The notes under the pieces: model-generated
Seen by the model: the letters and a program-made list of their open reading frames with translations, nothing else
Told to the model about the DNA's origin: nothing
The model's database searches: none
In this document: one piece after another, positions 19,583 to 28,822 of the stretch
Layout of the letters: every line of letters starts with the position of its first letter
Position numbering within the stretch: the first letter of the stretch is position 1
Made by a program: the position numbers and the translations under genes
NCBI GenBank assembly: GCA_965218295.1
Contig: CBDCKN010000015.1
Location: 1 to 64,000 of the forward strand
Source of the DNA: Longimicrobiales bacterium
Lineage (GTDB): Bacteria; Gemmatimonadota; Gemmatimonadetes; Longimicrobiales; Gaopeijiaceae
Direction of reading: 5' to 3'
DNA: 64,000 bases

Positions 19583-21507
19583 ATGCGACGACTCTCGGCC
19601 ATCATGTTCACCGACATGGTGGGCTTCACGGCCCTGATGCAGGAGGATGAGCATCGGGCGAAGAGCATCCGCGACCGTCATCGGGACGCGCTCCGCGAGT
19701 CCATCGAAAAGCACGGCGGGGAGATTGTCCAGTTCTACGGTGACGGAACCCTCAGCGTCTTCGGCAGCGCCGTCGAGGGGGTCAACGCCGCCGTCACCGC
19801 ACGGCGGCGATTACAAGAGAGTCCCGCGATCCCGGTCCGGATCGGAATCCACATCGGGGACATCAACCACGACGAGGACGGGATCTACGGGGACGGCGTC
19901 AACGTCGCCGCCCGCATCCAGGGCCTCGCGGTTCCGGGAGGCGTGCTCGTTTCCGGCAAGGTCTTCGACGAGATCAAGAACCACCCGGAGCTACCGGCAA
20001 CGGGGCTGGGCGAGTTTGAGCTGAAGAACGTCCAGCGACCGGTCCGGATCTTCGCTGTCTCGGCATCGGGGCTCACGGTTCCGGACCCGAAGCAGATGAA
20101 CCCCAAGGAGCAGCCGAAGAAGACCATCGCCGTGCTCCCCTTCGTCAATATGAGCGCCGATCCGGAGAACGAGTTCTTCAGCGACGGAATCTCCGAGGAG
20201 CTCATCAACGCCCTGACTCGGATCGAAGGGCTCCAGGTGACGGCCCGCACGTCTTCCTTCGCCTTCAAGGGCAAGAGCAAGGACGTGCGCAAGATCGGAA
20301 AGGATCTGGGCGTCAGCGCCGTACTGGAGGGCAGCGTCCGCAAGGCCGGCGATCGAGTGCGGATCACCGCACAGCTGATCGACACTCGGGACGGCTACCA
20401 CATCTTCTCGAAGGTGTACGATCGGGTCCTGGAGGACATCTTCAAGACCCAGGACGAAATCTCCCTCGAGATCGCGAACGAGCTGCGGGCCACGCTGCCG
20501 GGCAATGGCGACAAGCAGCCTCTCGTCACGGCCCCGACGGAGAACTCCGAGGCGTACGACTCCTACCTCAAGGGACTGTACTGCTGGTATCAGTGGACCC
20601 CCGACGCCGCGCTCCAGGCGGTCGATCACTTCCAGCACGGGGTCGATCTGGACCCCGAGTTCGCCCAGGCCTGGGCGGCCATGGCGCGCACTCACACCTA
20701 CCTGGCCGCCATCGGGTGTCTCACGGCCTGTGGTGAGGCGTACGGATGTGCCTCCGACGCGGCCGGGAAAGCCATCGAGCTCGATCCCGACCTCGAGGAC
20801 TCCCATGTGGCCCTGGCCCTGGTGCGACTCTTCCACGACTGGGACCTGCCCGCGTGCGAGGCGTCGTTCCTGCGAGCCATGTCCATCAACCCGGACTCGG
20901 TTGAGGTCCTGCACGGCTACTCCCTGTACTTCACTGCCGCCGGCCGTCACGAGGAGGCCGTCACCGTCCTGGAGAAGGCTGCCACCATCGATCCCCTCAA
21001 CCTTCCGGTGCGGGATCACCTGGCTCGGGCCTACATGGCCACGGAGCGCTTCGACGAGGCCCTGGTCCAATTCGATCGGGTCATGGAGCTGGATCCCGAG
21101 TTCCGGGCCGTGCTCGAGGGCAAGGGCTATACCTACATGGTCATGGATCGCCTCGACGACGCCCTGACGCCCTGGCCACCTTCGAGCAAGTGCGGGAGCT
21201 GACGCCTCACCCCAAGGGCGGCATCACACCTCTGGCCATTGCCTTGGCTTTCGCCGGCCGCACGACGGAGGCGGAGGAGCTATTGACCATCATCGAGGAA
21301 CGTGAGCGGGAAGAGCCCGACGTGTCCCTGGACCTGGACTTCGCCTCCGTCTACTGGGCCCTGGGGCGGTCGGACGAAGCGATGGCTCGGCTTCGCAAGG
21401 CGGCCGAATCGCGCATCGGCGCTCTCGTCTTCCTCAGACACAGCCCGAGCTGGTATCTCGGGAAGCTGGAGGGCGTCTCGGAGTTCCTGGCGGAGCACGG
21501 ACTTTAG
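19583..21507 (+). pseudogene. Class III adenylate/guanylate cyclase + TolB-like + TPR protein, frameshifted near the C-terminus
   Basis: IMFTDMVGFT, YGDG, RIGIHIGD, GDGVNVAARIQ; IAVLPFVNMSADPENEFFSDG; TPRs. An 8-bp duplication GACGCCCT at 21158-21173 breaks the frame. Confidence 0.88.
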
Positions 21508-21579
21508 GAGCCTTCGGAGCCGCAGACACGGACGCAGCGCCATCCTGCTCCCGGGCTAATTGCGGTCTTTCCCATCGAT

Positions 21580-22035
21580 CTACGGCCGAACCGTCCCGTC
21601 TGCCGAGACTTGAAATGCCAGACCGGGCTCCACGCCGCTCCCCGGAGTATCCACCACGCGGACCAACAGGGTGCCGTTGGCGAATACGCCCTCGGTGCTC
21701 GCGCCCGTGGGGTTGAGAGCGCACACGTTGGGGTCACTCACCCGTATCCGTTGCTCCTCGTCCACAGGGACATCGGAGAACGTGATTTCCCAGCGACCGG
21801 ATTCCGTAGCGCTCATGAAGACCGCGATGAAGCCCCTCCAGCCCGGATGGATATGCGTCATGGACACTCCTTGGACGCAGCCAGAGAACGCCGCCGCAAT
21901 TACCGGATCGGTCGTCGTCGAGGCCTCGTAGACGAACCGGACAGTGGTGGTCGTTCCGGCCGGACTGGAGGGATCGTCGCTGCATCCCAGGAGACTGAGC
22001 AAGGTCAGAACGGCTGAACTGCGCCAGGATCCCAA
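21580..22035 (-). CDS. Hypothetical lipoprotein
   Basis: Lipobox LLGC followed by a beta-rich domain with two further Cys. Confidence 0.7.
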   Translation of the reverse strand: MGSWRSSAVLTLLSLLGCSDDPSSPAGTTTTVRFVYEASTTTDPVIAAAFSGCVQGVSMTHIHPGWRGFIAVFMSATESGRWEITFSDVPVDEEQRIRVSDPNVCALNPTGASTEGVFANGTLLVRVVDTPGSGVEPGLAFQVSADGTVRP

Positions 22036-22319
22036 GGACCTCTCTCGCTTCCAGACATGATCAGGGCCATCGCCCTACTTATTCGCACGAGCGGCGTATT
22101 GTTTCCGTGGCTCGACCAGAGCACCCGGTCCCACCGCGTCGGCTTGCTGGTTGAGACGCTCCACTCGCTGTACTCTTCTCACCCGTGGGCAGCTCGCCGT
22201 ACGTATGGAAAGCGCCTGGCCCCTCGGGAGTGGTGGGCGAGTCGCTCACCCGGAGGCGGCGTGCTTTCCCCTGAGCACCGGGCCGCCGGGGAACTCCCGC
22301 CGCCACAGTGAGCCCCCCG

Positions 22320-22889
22320 TCAGCCCAGCAGCGTCATCTTGAGCACCAGCACGCCGTACCCGGCCACCGCACCGAGCCCGGCCTCCCACTCCCGGTTTCT
22401 CAGGTATTGCGCCGGGGAGAAGTCCCCGGTCTCCGCGCCCGTCCCGGTTCCCGCCCCCGATCCCTCCTTGCGGTACGGCGAGAGGCGAGGAACGAAGAGC
22501 GGCACGGCCGTCGCATAGGTCCGGTAGGGCTCACCGAAGGCCTCCTCTAGCTCCGCCTCTTCAAGAAGGGCGGTGGCCCGATAGACGGAGAGGTAGAAGG
22601 CCAAGAACAGGACCATGAAGATCCACTGGCCACCCGCCATCGTGACGCCGAGCCCTAGAAAGAAGCTGCCCAGATACAACGGGTTGCGTGTATAGGCGTA
22701 GGGTCCGGTAGTTGCGAGCTCCTCGCTCTTCCGGATGGATCCCGCCGCCCACGCCCGGATCGCCAACCCCACCACCCCTAGCGCCGCTCCTACGGCCAGG
22801 GCCGCGGCAAAAGGCGTCGCGAAGTAGTAGAAGGGGATGAGGAGGAGCCAGACGGCCCTCAGGCGAAGCTTTCGGAGTGGAAGTGGCAC
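22320..22889 (-). CDS. Isoprenylcysteine carboxyl methyltransferase / PEMT-family membrane protein
   Basis: LATTGPYAYTRNPLYLG; EEAELEEAFGEPYRTY...VPLFVP. Confidence 0.88.
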   Translation of the reverse strand: MPLPLRKLRLRAVWLLLIPFYYFATPFAAALAVGAALGVVGLAIRAWAAGSIRKSEELATTGPYAYTRNPLYLGSFFLGLGVTMAGGQWIFMVLFLAFYLSVYRATALLEEAELEEAFGEPYRTYATAVPLFVPRLSPYRKEGSGAGTGTGAETGDFSPAQYLRNREWEAGLGAVAGYGVLVLKMTLLG

Positions 22890-23051
22890 CGACCCCGGCT
22901 AGTGTTCCGTTGCCAAAGTTCGCGAGCCACCAAGAGGGCCGGGGCGCCGTGGGATCAAGGCGGGACGACGCGGCGTAGCGCAAGCTACGGTAAGGAGTTC
23001 CAACGCCGAGCCTGCGGATGCACCGTGCCCTCGACTGGCCGAGACACTTTG

Positions 23052-23093
23052 GTAACGGGACACTAGTTACGGGACACTAGTTACGGGCCACTA
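23052..23093. repeat. 14-bp tandem repeat x3 overlapping a stop codon
   Basis: GTAACGGGACACTA / GTTACGGGACACTA / GTTACGGGCCACTA. Confidence 0.85.
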
Positions 23094-23944
23094 ATAGCGC
23101 TCGCCCTAGGATGGATGGGCGTGCCTGGCGTGATGCTACGTAGATGCAGGGTCACGGAGCCAGCGACGGGAATCTTGGAGCGGAGATAGACCAGGTAGCG
23201 ATTCTCGTCGTCCGTGAAGTGGAGCTCCGCCTCACCCCCCTCACTGAAGAGCCCGCGGGTCTTGATGATGGGCCGGACCACGATGGTGTTGAAGGTACCA
23301 GCAGAGGTCTCACGGACCTCCTTGCGCACCACCTTGATGACGACCGGATTTCCTTCCTTCTTGAAGTAGCGCGGAACCGTGTAGGTCTTGCCGACCTCGA
23401 GCGGCAACGTTCGCACGAAGTAGATGAAGGCGACATCGTCCAGTGGCAGTGCCGTGGCCAGGTCGCCGAACTCGTCGTTGTCCGCTCGTTCCCAGTACAG
23501 CTCTTCAGGATAGAACTCGTAGTACCGGTAGCTCTTGTAGCTGAGCTCGTGGATGTCGCGGATGTAGCGGCGGGTGACGATGAGGCGAGTGTCGATCCAC
23601 GAATCGTATAGGTCGTCGACCTTGGCGGCGCCGAATAGGAGGCTCCCTCGAAGAGCCATCTGGACGTGATACGTGGGCTCCCCGCGGATCGAGTCCACGC
23701 CGAGGACGTCCATGTAGGCGTCGCCGGCGGGGAAGACGCCGATCTTGACCTGATACTCGAGGCGCTCGCCAGGCCCCCAAGGGACCACGGCGGCGAACGG
23801 GTCGATCTCGTACTGGACGACCGCCGTGGAATCGGCTGCCGGGACGTCGAGGGTGTCACCATTCGTAGACCCGTTGGACACCTGCGCCGTTACCCCGAAA
23901 GGCGCGACGACTACCAGGAATCCAGCCATCCAAGCCAATCGCAT
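23081..23944 (-). CDS. DUF3108-like exported protein
   Basis: Signal peptide; GERLEYQV...E.RETSAGTFNT..V.P pattern; TGATG coupling to the GT2 gene. Confidence 0.75.
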   Translation of the reverse strand: MRLAWMAGFLVVVAPFGVTAQVSNGSTNGDTLDVPAADSTAVVQYEIDPFAAVVPWGPGERLEYQVKIGVFPAGDAYMDVLGVDSIRGEPTYHVQMALRGSLLFGAAKVDDLYDSWIDTRLIVTRRYIRDIHELSYKSYRYYEFYPEELYWERADNDEFGDLATALPLDDVAFIYFVRTLPLEVGKTYTVPRYFKKEGNPVVIKVVRKEVRETSAGTFNTIVVRPIIKTRGLFSEGGEAELHFTDDENRYLVYLRSKIPVAGSVTLHLRSITPGTPIHPRASAISGP

Positions 23945-24696
23945 CAGTCCGTTTTCCTCCGTTCGAGACCTTCCCACTTCTCTCGTCGTACACGGAGCAG
24001 GCCGCGAAGGGTTCGAACCGGCCTGAATCTCGAGGGACGCCGCCGGATGTCGTATCGGAGATCCAGCGGCGCCTCGGCAATGCGCCGGGCATACGGTGCC
24101 ACGATCCCGAGAAGTTCGAAGTTCGCCGCCCAGCCGTCCTTAGACAGGAGGGGGCCGTCGGGCAGATCCCGGAGCGCCTTCTTGAGAACGATGAGTCGAT
24201 AGGCCCGGAACCCACAGAGCGGATCGGATACGGGAGCGCCGGCATGGGCCTTCCCCAGGAGCAGTGGAGCCATCCACCGCGCTACCCTTACCGGGCGGGG
24301 GACAGCACGACCGTTTTCCACGATGCTACCGGCCACCACGTCGGCACCGCCCTCCAATGCCTTCACGAGGGGAACGATGTGTTCGGGGTTCTCCGTGAAG
24401 TCGCCCTGGAGCACGACAGCCACGTCTCTCTTCGGATAGCTCGTTCGACGCAGTGCCGCCCTGAGCAGCAGTTCAACGGCGCGGGCATAGCCCACCCTCC
24501 GTTCCTCGCGAAGGACACGGACGGGCAACACTTTGAGGTACCGCTCGAGGACCGCAGGGGTCTCGTCGGTGGAGGCGTCGTCGAGGATCAGGACCTCATA
24601 CTCCCGACCGAACTTGAGCATCACCTTCCGGATCTTCCAGAGGAGCACCCCGATTGTTCGGCCTTCGTTGTGGGCGGGAATGCAGACGTAGATCAA
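23944..24696 (-). CDS. Glycosyltransferase family 2
   Basis: VCIPAHNE, LDDASTDET, SDPLCGFRAY. Confidence 0.88.
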   Translation of the reverse strand: MIYVCIPAHNEGRTIGVLLWKIRKVMLKFGREYEVLILDDASTDETPAVLERYLKVLPVRVLREERRVGYARAVELLLRAALRRTSYPKRDVAVVLQGDFTENPEHIVPLVKALEGGADVVAGSIVENGRAVPRPVRVARWMAPLLLGKAHAGAPVSDPLCGFRAYRLIVLKKALRDLPDGPLLSKDGWAANFELLGIVAPYARRIAEAPLDLRYDIRRRPSRFRPVRTLRGLLRVRREKWEGLERRKTD

Positions 24697-24774
24697 CGGC
24701 TCACACCATTTTGAAGAAGCCAGCCCGGGGAGCAGGCACCGGGAACGAGCGGAAATCTAATACACCACACTAGA

Positions 24775-25680
24775 TCAGCGCGGTTCCGGAGACGGCCGCG
24801 TCTTCCAGCGGCGGTGCTGCCAGAAGTACTGCTCGGGGGCCTCCCGTATGCGCTGCTCCAAAATGGAGGTATAACGTTGTGTCAGCTCCAGGATCGCCTC
24901 CTCGGCAGGTGCGTCCCGGGGAACCGGCACCCTCTCGACCTTGACCCCATAGCGGGAGGGCCAGCCCGGGAGGCGGACGGCGGTACCGAGGAAGACGGGC
25001 GCGCCGCTCCGCAGAGCGAACAGGGCCGGACCCTTCGCGGTCGCGGCGGGGCTTCCGAAGAAGTCGACGAAGACCCCTCGCTTGCGGATGTTCTGATCCG
25101 CCACGAAGGCGGCGACTCGTCCCGCCGACAAGGAGCGGAGGGCGAGGCGAAACGCGTCGTTCTTGACGATCACCGTGAGTCCCAAACGCTCGCGAGTCTT
25201 CACGAGGTAGCGGTCGAAAAGCGGGTTCTTCTGCCGGTGTGCCACCACGTCCATGGGCACACCCCTGGCTGCCGCGGAGGCGCCGGCCACCTCCCAGTTG
25301 CCCAGGTGTGCGGAGACGACCACGGCACCGGCGCCCTCCTCCACCGCCGCTCTGAAGTCCTCGAACCCCTCCATGTCGGTCCGCCGCACGACCTCCTGCG
25401 GATCCATGCGGGAGAGGCGGAAGGCCATGGCCGCCTCCCGGGCGACGTGTCGGTAGCTGTCTCGGGCGATGCGCGTCCTCCACGCGGAGCCCTGCTCGGG
25501 AAACGCCATGGCGAGATGACGGTCCACGTCCGTCCGCCGGATCCGGAAGACGACTCCGCCTAGCCATCCCAAGGTCGCGCAGAGGCTGAGGGCCAACCGC
25601 TCCGGAAGCACCACGACGATCCAGGAAAGCACTCGGAAGACCATGAACTCCAGGCGATGCCGGAGGGACACCGGTCTCAT
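24775..25680 (-). CDS. lpxL: Lipid A lauroyl/myristoyl acyltransferase (LpxL/HtrB family)
   Basis: SAHLGNWE, ADQ, VDFFG, PEQYFWQHRRWK. Confidence 0.88.
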   Translation of the reverse strand: MRPVSLRHRLEFMVFRVLSWIVVVLPERLALSLCATLGWLGGVVFRIRRTDVDRHLAMAFPEQGSAWRTRIARDSYRHVAREAAMAFRLSRMDPQEVVRRTDMEGFEDFRAAVEEGAGAVVVSAHLGNWEVAGASAAARGVPMDVVAHRQKNPLFDRYLVKTRERLGLTVIVKNDAFRLALRSLSAGRVAAFVADQNIRKRGVFVDFFGSPAATAKGPALFALRSGAPVFLGTAVRLPGWPSRYGVKVERVPVPRDAPAEEAILELTQRYTSILEQRIREAPEQYFWQHRRWKTRPSPEPR

Positions 25681-27638
25681 GGCGCCACGGCTTCGCCCAC
25701 GGTGGGCTCCCCTTCATCGGACGCGTGCGGCGGGTCACCAGCCTCCACCACGGCGCCGCCAGCGTGCGGCTCCTCCGATGGGGGATCGGAGAACTGAAGC
25801 TCATAGAGCCGTCGGTAGAGTCCGCCCGCAGCGTAGAGCGACTCATGGTCGCCCCGCTCCACGATCCGTCCCTCGTCGAGCACGATTATCAGGTCGGCAC
25901 GCTGGACGGTGGAGAGTCGGTGGGCGATGACCAGCACTGTCCGTCCCGCGAGAAGGTGCTCCACCGCCTCCTGGACCAGCCGCTCCGACTCGGTGTCCAG
26001 GGCGCTAGTGGCCTCGTCGAAGATGAGGATGGGTGGGTCCCGGAGAATCGCCCGGGCAATTGCGACACGCTGGCGCTGCCCGCCGGAGAGCCGAGTGCCC
26101 CGCTCTCCCACCACCGTGTCGTATCCCTCGGGCAGCTCCACGATGAAGTCGTGGGCATTGGCCGCGCGCGCCGCCCGCTCGACCTCGTCCTGGGACGCAT
26201 CAGACGCCCCATACGCGATGTTGGCCCTCACGGTATCGTGGAAGAGCACCGTCTCCTGAGAGACGATCCCCATGGCGCCCCTCAGGCTCGCGATGGTGAG
26301 GTCCCTCACGTCGACGCCCTCGACAGTGACCCGGCCGGCCGTCACGTCGTAGAATCGCCCGAGCAGGTCCACGATGGTCGTCTTGCCACCCCCACTGGGT
26401 CCCACCAGGGCGACGACGCTACCCGTCGGCACGTCGAACGAGATCCCGTGGAGAACCGGCTCTCCGGACTCGTACTCGAAGTCCACGTCCTCGAAGGCGA
26501 TCCCCGCCTCGGGGCCCACCATGGGCCGGGCTTCCGCACGGTCTCGGATCTCCACCGGCGCGTCGAGGAACTCGAAGACCCGCTCGGCGCCCACGAGGCC
26601 GGGCTGAACGAGCGCCGGGAACCTGGCGGCGTACTTCACGGGGGCATACAGCTTCAGACTGAGGGCCAGGAACCCGACGAACTGGGCGCCGCTCAGCTCG
26701 CCCTGCACGACCACCAGGCGCGTCCCGTACCAGAGGATGACGACGGTGCCGATGGTCGCCAGCGTCTCGGTGAGGGGTCCGGCCAACGCCCTCAGTCGCT
26801 CCGTCTTGAGGAAGGTCTCGTAGTAGGCGCCGGTGATGCCGTGGAAGCGCCTCCGCTCTATCTCCTCGGCTGCCGAAGACTTCACCAGCCGGATTCCCGA
26901 CAGCGTCTCCTGGACGTGGGCGTTCACCTCTCCCGCCAAATCCAGCACCCGCCGGTCACCACCACGCAGGCGCTTCACCAGGGGCCCCCAGATGCCCATC
27001 GTGCAGGGAATCACGATGAAGGCCGCCAGGGTGAGCTTCCAAGACAGGATGATCATGAACGCCACAGCAGCTGCGAACTCGAAGGCCGAGGACAGGATCC
27101 TGGCTATCTCCTTGGTAATGAGCCGGCGGACCTGCTCCACGTCGTGGGTGAGGCGCGATACGATCTGCCCCACACGGGTACGACCGAAGAACGCCAGATC
27201 CAGCTCCAGAAGATGATCGTACACCTCGTTCCGGAGGTCGCGGGTCACTGACTGCTCCGCCCGAGCCACCAGGTAAGTCCGCCCGAAGTCGAAGACGTTC
27301 TTCACGGCGAAGACCACCAAGATCAACAGGATGATCCCCTGCACCGCCTCGAGAGGGTCTCCCTCGATGTCCACGATCCGGTAGACCGTGGCGTCGAGGA
27401 GCCTGGTCATCAGGTCGGGATCTGCCCCTATCGTCGTGGGCCCGACGGCCCCGGCCGCGCCTCCAACAGCGCCTCCTCCGGTCGCCTGTCTGGAAAAGAG
27501 GGTCTCGACGAAGGGGATGAGCAGCACGAACGCAGACGCGTCGAGGGCCGCAAATATGAAGGTCGCCACCACCGCCGCCGAGAACACGACGGCGTGGGGT
27601 CCCAGGTAGGAAAGGATCCGGAGATAGAGCTTCACCAA
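25677..27638 (-). CDS. msbA: MsbA-like ABC exporter (TMD+NBD)
   Basis: GPSGGGKTT, LSGGQRQR, DEATSALD, IAHRLST; located in the lipid A cluster. Confidence 0.85.
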   Translation of the reverse strand: MVKLYLRILSYLGPHAVVFSAAVVATFIFAALDASAFVLLIPFVETLFSRQATGGGAVGGAAGAVGPTTIGADPDLMTRLLDATVYRIVDIEGDPLEAVQGIILLILVVFAVKNVFDFGRTYLVARAEQSVTRDLRNEVYDHLLELDLAFFGRTRVGQIVSRLTHDVEQVRRLITKEIARILSSAFEFAAAVAFMIILSWKLTLAAFIVIPCTMGIWGPLVKRLRGGDRRVLDLAGEVNAHVQETLSGIRLVKSSAAEEIERRRFHGITGAYYETFLKTERLRALAGPLTETLATIGTVVILWYGTRLVVVQGELSGAQFVGFLALSLKLYAPVKYAARFPALVQPGLVGAERVFEFLDAPVEIRDRAEARPMVGPEAGIAFEDVDFEYESGEPVLHGISFDVPTGSVVALVGPSGGGKTTIVDLLGRFYDVTAGRVTVEGVDVRDLTIASLRGAMGIVSQETVLFHDTVRANIAYGASDASQDEVERAARAANAHDFIVELPEGYDTVVGERGTRLSGGQRQRVAIARAILRDPPILIFDEATSALDTESERLVQEAVEHLLAGRTVLVIAHRLSTVQRADLIIVLDEGRIVERGDHESLYAAGGLYRRLYELQFSDPPSEEPHAGGAVVEAGDPPHASDEGEPTVGEAVAP

Positions 27639-27704
27639 AGTCGGCCCGAGGGTCTCTCGTCCTCTAGTTGGTTCATCAGGGTGAAGCTACCGTATTCTAT
27701 TACC

Positions 27705-28796
27705 GTGCAGAACTCCAGCCCGATTCGATCGATCCACGCCATCGGCAGCCGCCACCTGGGTGGGGCCGAGGCGTTCTTCGCCAGGCTGCTCAGGGGTCTT
27801 AACGACCGGGGCTATCCGTCCATGGGTGTCGTCCGCTCAGGCAGCCCCCTCGAGCACGAGCTCAGCGACGTCCCCACGACTGGCACGGGCATGCGCAACG
27901 GACTGGACGTCTTCACGATCTGGAAGATCCGAGGGCTCATCCGGCGACACCGCCCCGCCGTGGTCCAGACGTATCTGGGGCGGGCCAGCCGGCTGACCCG
28001 GATTCCCAAGGAGAGCGAGACGCTTCACGTAGCGCGTCTGGGCGGATTCTACCGGGCCAATGCCTACCGGCATGCCGACGCCTGGGTCGGCAACACACTG
28101 GGCGTCTGCGATCATCTGACCGGTCTCGGGTTCCCGCGGGAGCGCGTATTCCATATCGGCAACTTCGTCGCGGACTCGGTACCGGACGGAGAGCCGGAGA
28201 ACATTCGCGAAGGGCTCGGCATTTCTCCCGAATCGGCTGTGATCTTCTCTCTGGGACGCTTCGTCGAGAAGAAAGGCTTCGCCGACCTCCTCGAGGCCTT
28301 CGCCCGTCTCCTCTCCCTCGAGCGCGGCCGTCGGCTGATACTCGTGGTCGCCGGCGACGGGCCGGATCGGGGCTCGCTCGAAGAGCGAGCGCACCAGCTC
28401 GGCATCTCGGAGCACGTCCGATGGCCGGGGTGGGTTCGGCATCCCGGAGCCTACTTCCGAGCGGCAGACGTCTTCGTGTGCCCATCTCGTCACGAACCGC
28501 TGGGCAACGTCATCCTCGAGGCCTGGTTCCACGGCGCCCCGGTGGTCACCACACGGAGCCTCGGTGCCGAGGAGCTGGTCACGGAGGGCGAGGACGGCCT
28601 GCTGGCGCCGGTGGTCGATCCCGAAGGACTGGCGCATCGGATTCAGGATCTTCTCGACGCCGACGGCGGGCAGGTGGAGGCCCTGGTCAGGGCAGGCCGT
28701 CGAACGGTGGAGGAGCGCCATAGCGTCGCTGCGGTGATCGGTACGTACCTGGATCTCTACAAGCGCCTTCCCGAGCTGGGTCGGGCCCGACGGTAG
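27705..28796 (+). CDS. Glycosyltransferase family 4
   Basis: GGAE, GRFVEKKG, PSRHEPLGNVILEAW (EX7E). Confidence 0.88.
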   Translation: MQNSSPIRSIHAIGSRHLGGAEAFFARLLRGLNDRGYPSMGVVRSGSPLEHELSDVPTTGTGMRNGLDVFTIWKIRGLIRRHRPAVVQTYLGRASRLTRIPKESETLHVARLGGFYRANAYRHADAWVGNTLGVCDHLTGLGFPRERVFHIGNFVADSVPDGEPENIREGLGISPESAVIFSLGRFVEKKGFADLLEAFARLLSLERGRRLILVVAGDGPDRGSLEERAHQLGISEHVRWPGWVRHPGAYFRAADVFVCPSRHEPLGNVILEAWFHGAPVVTTRSLGAEELVTEGEDGLLAPVVDPEGLAHRIQDLLDADGGQVEALVRAGRRTVEERHSVAAVIGTYLDLYKRLPELGRARR

Positions 28797-28822
28797 AAGA
28801 CCACTTCGACCATAGAGGCTAG

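Noticed and set aside
22040..22315. Short ORFs in this intergenic gap
   Set aside because: No recognisable motifs or RBS; possibly decayed sequence.
23052..23093. CRISPR array
   Set aside because: 14-bp units with no spacers and no cas genes.
25725..27251. Long antisense ORFs (also 46627-48141, 38694-39644, 62144-63244, 5354-6424)
   Set aside because: Shadows of well-supported genes, caused by high-GC codon bias.
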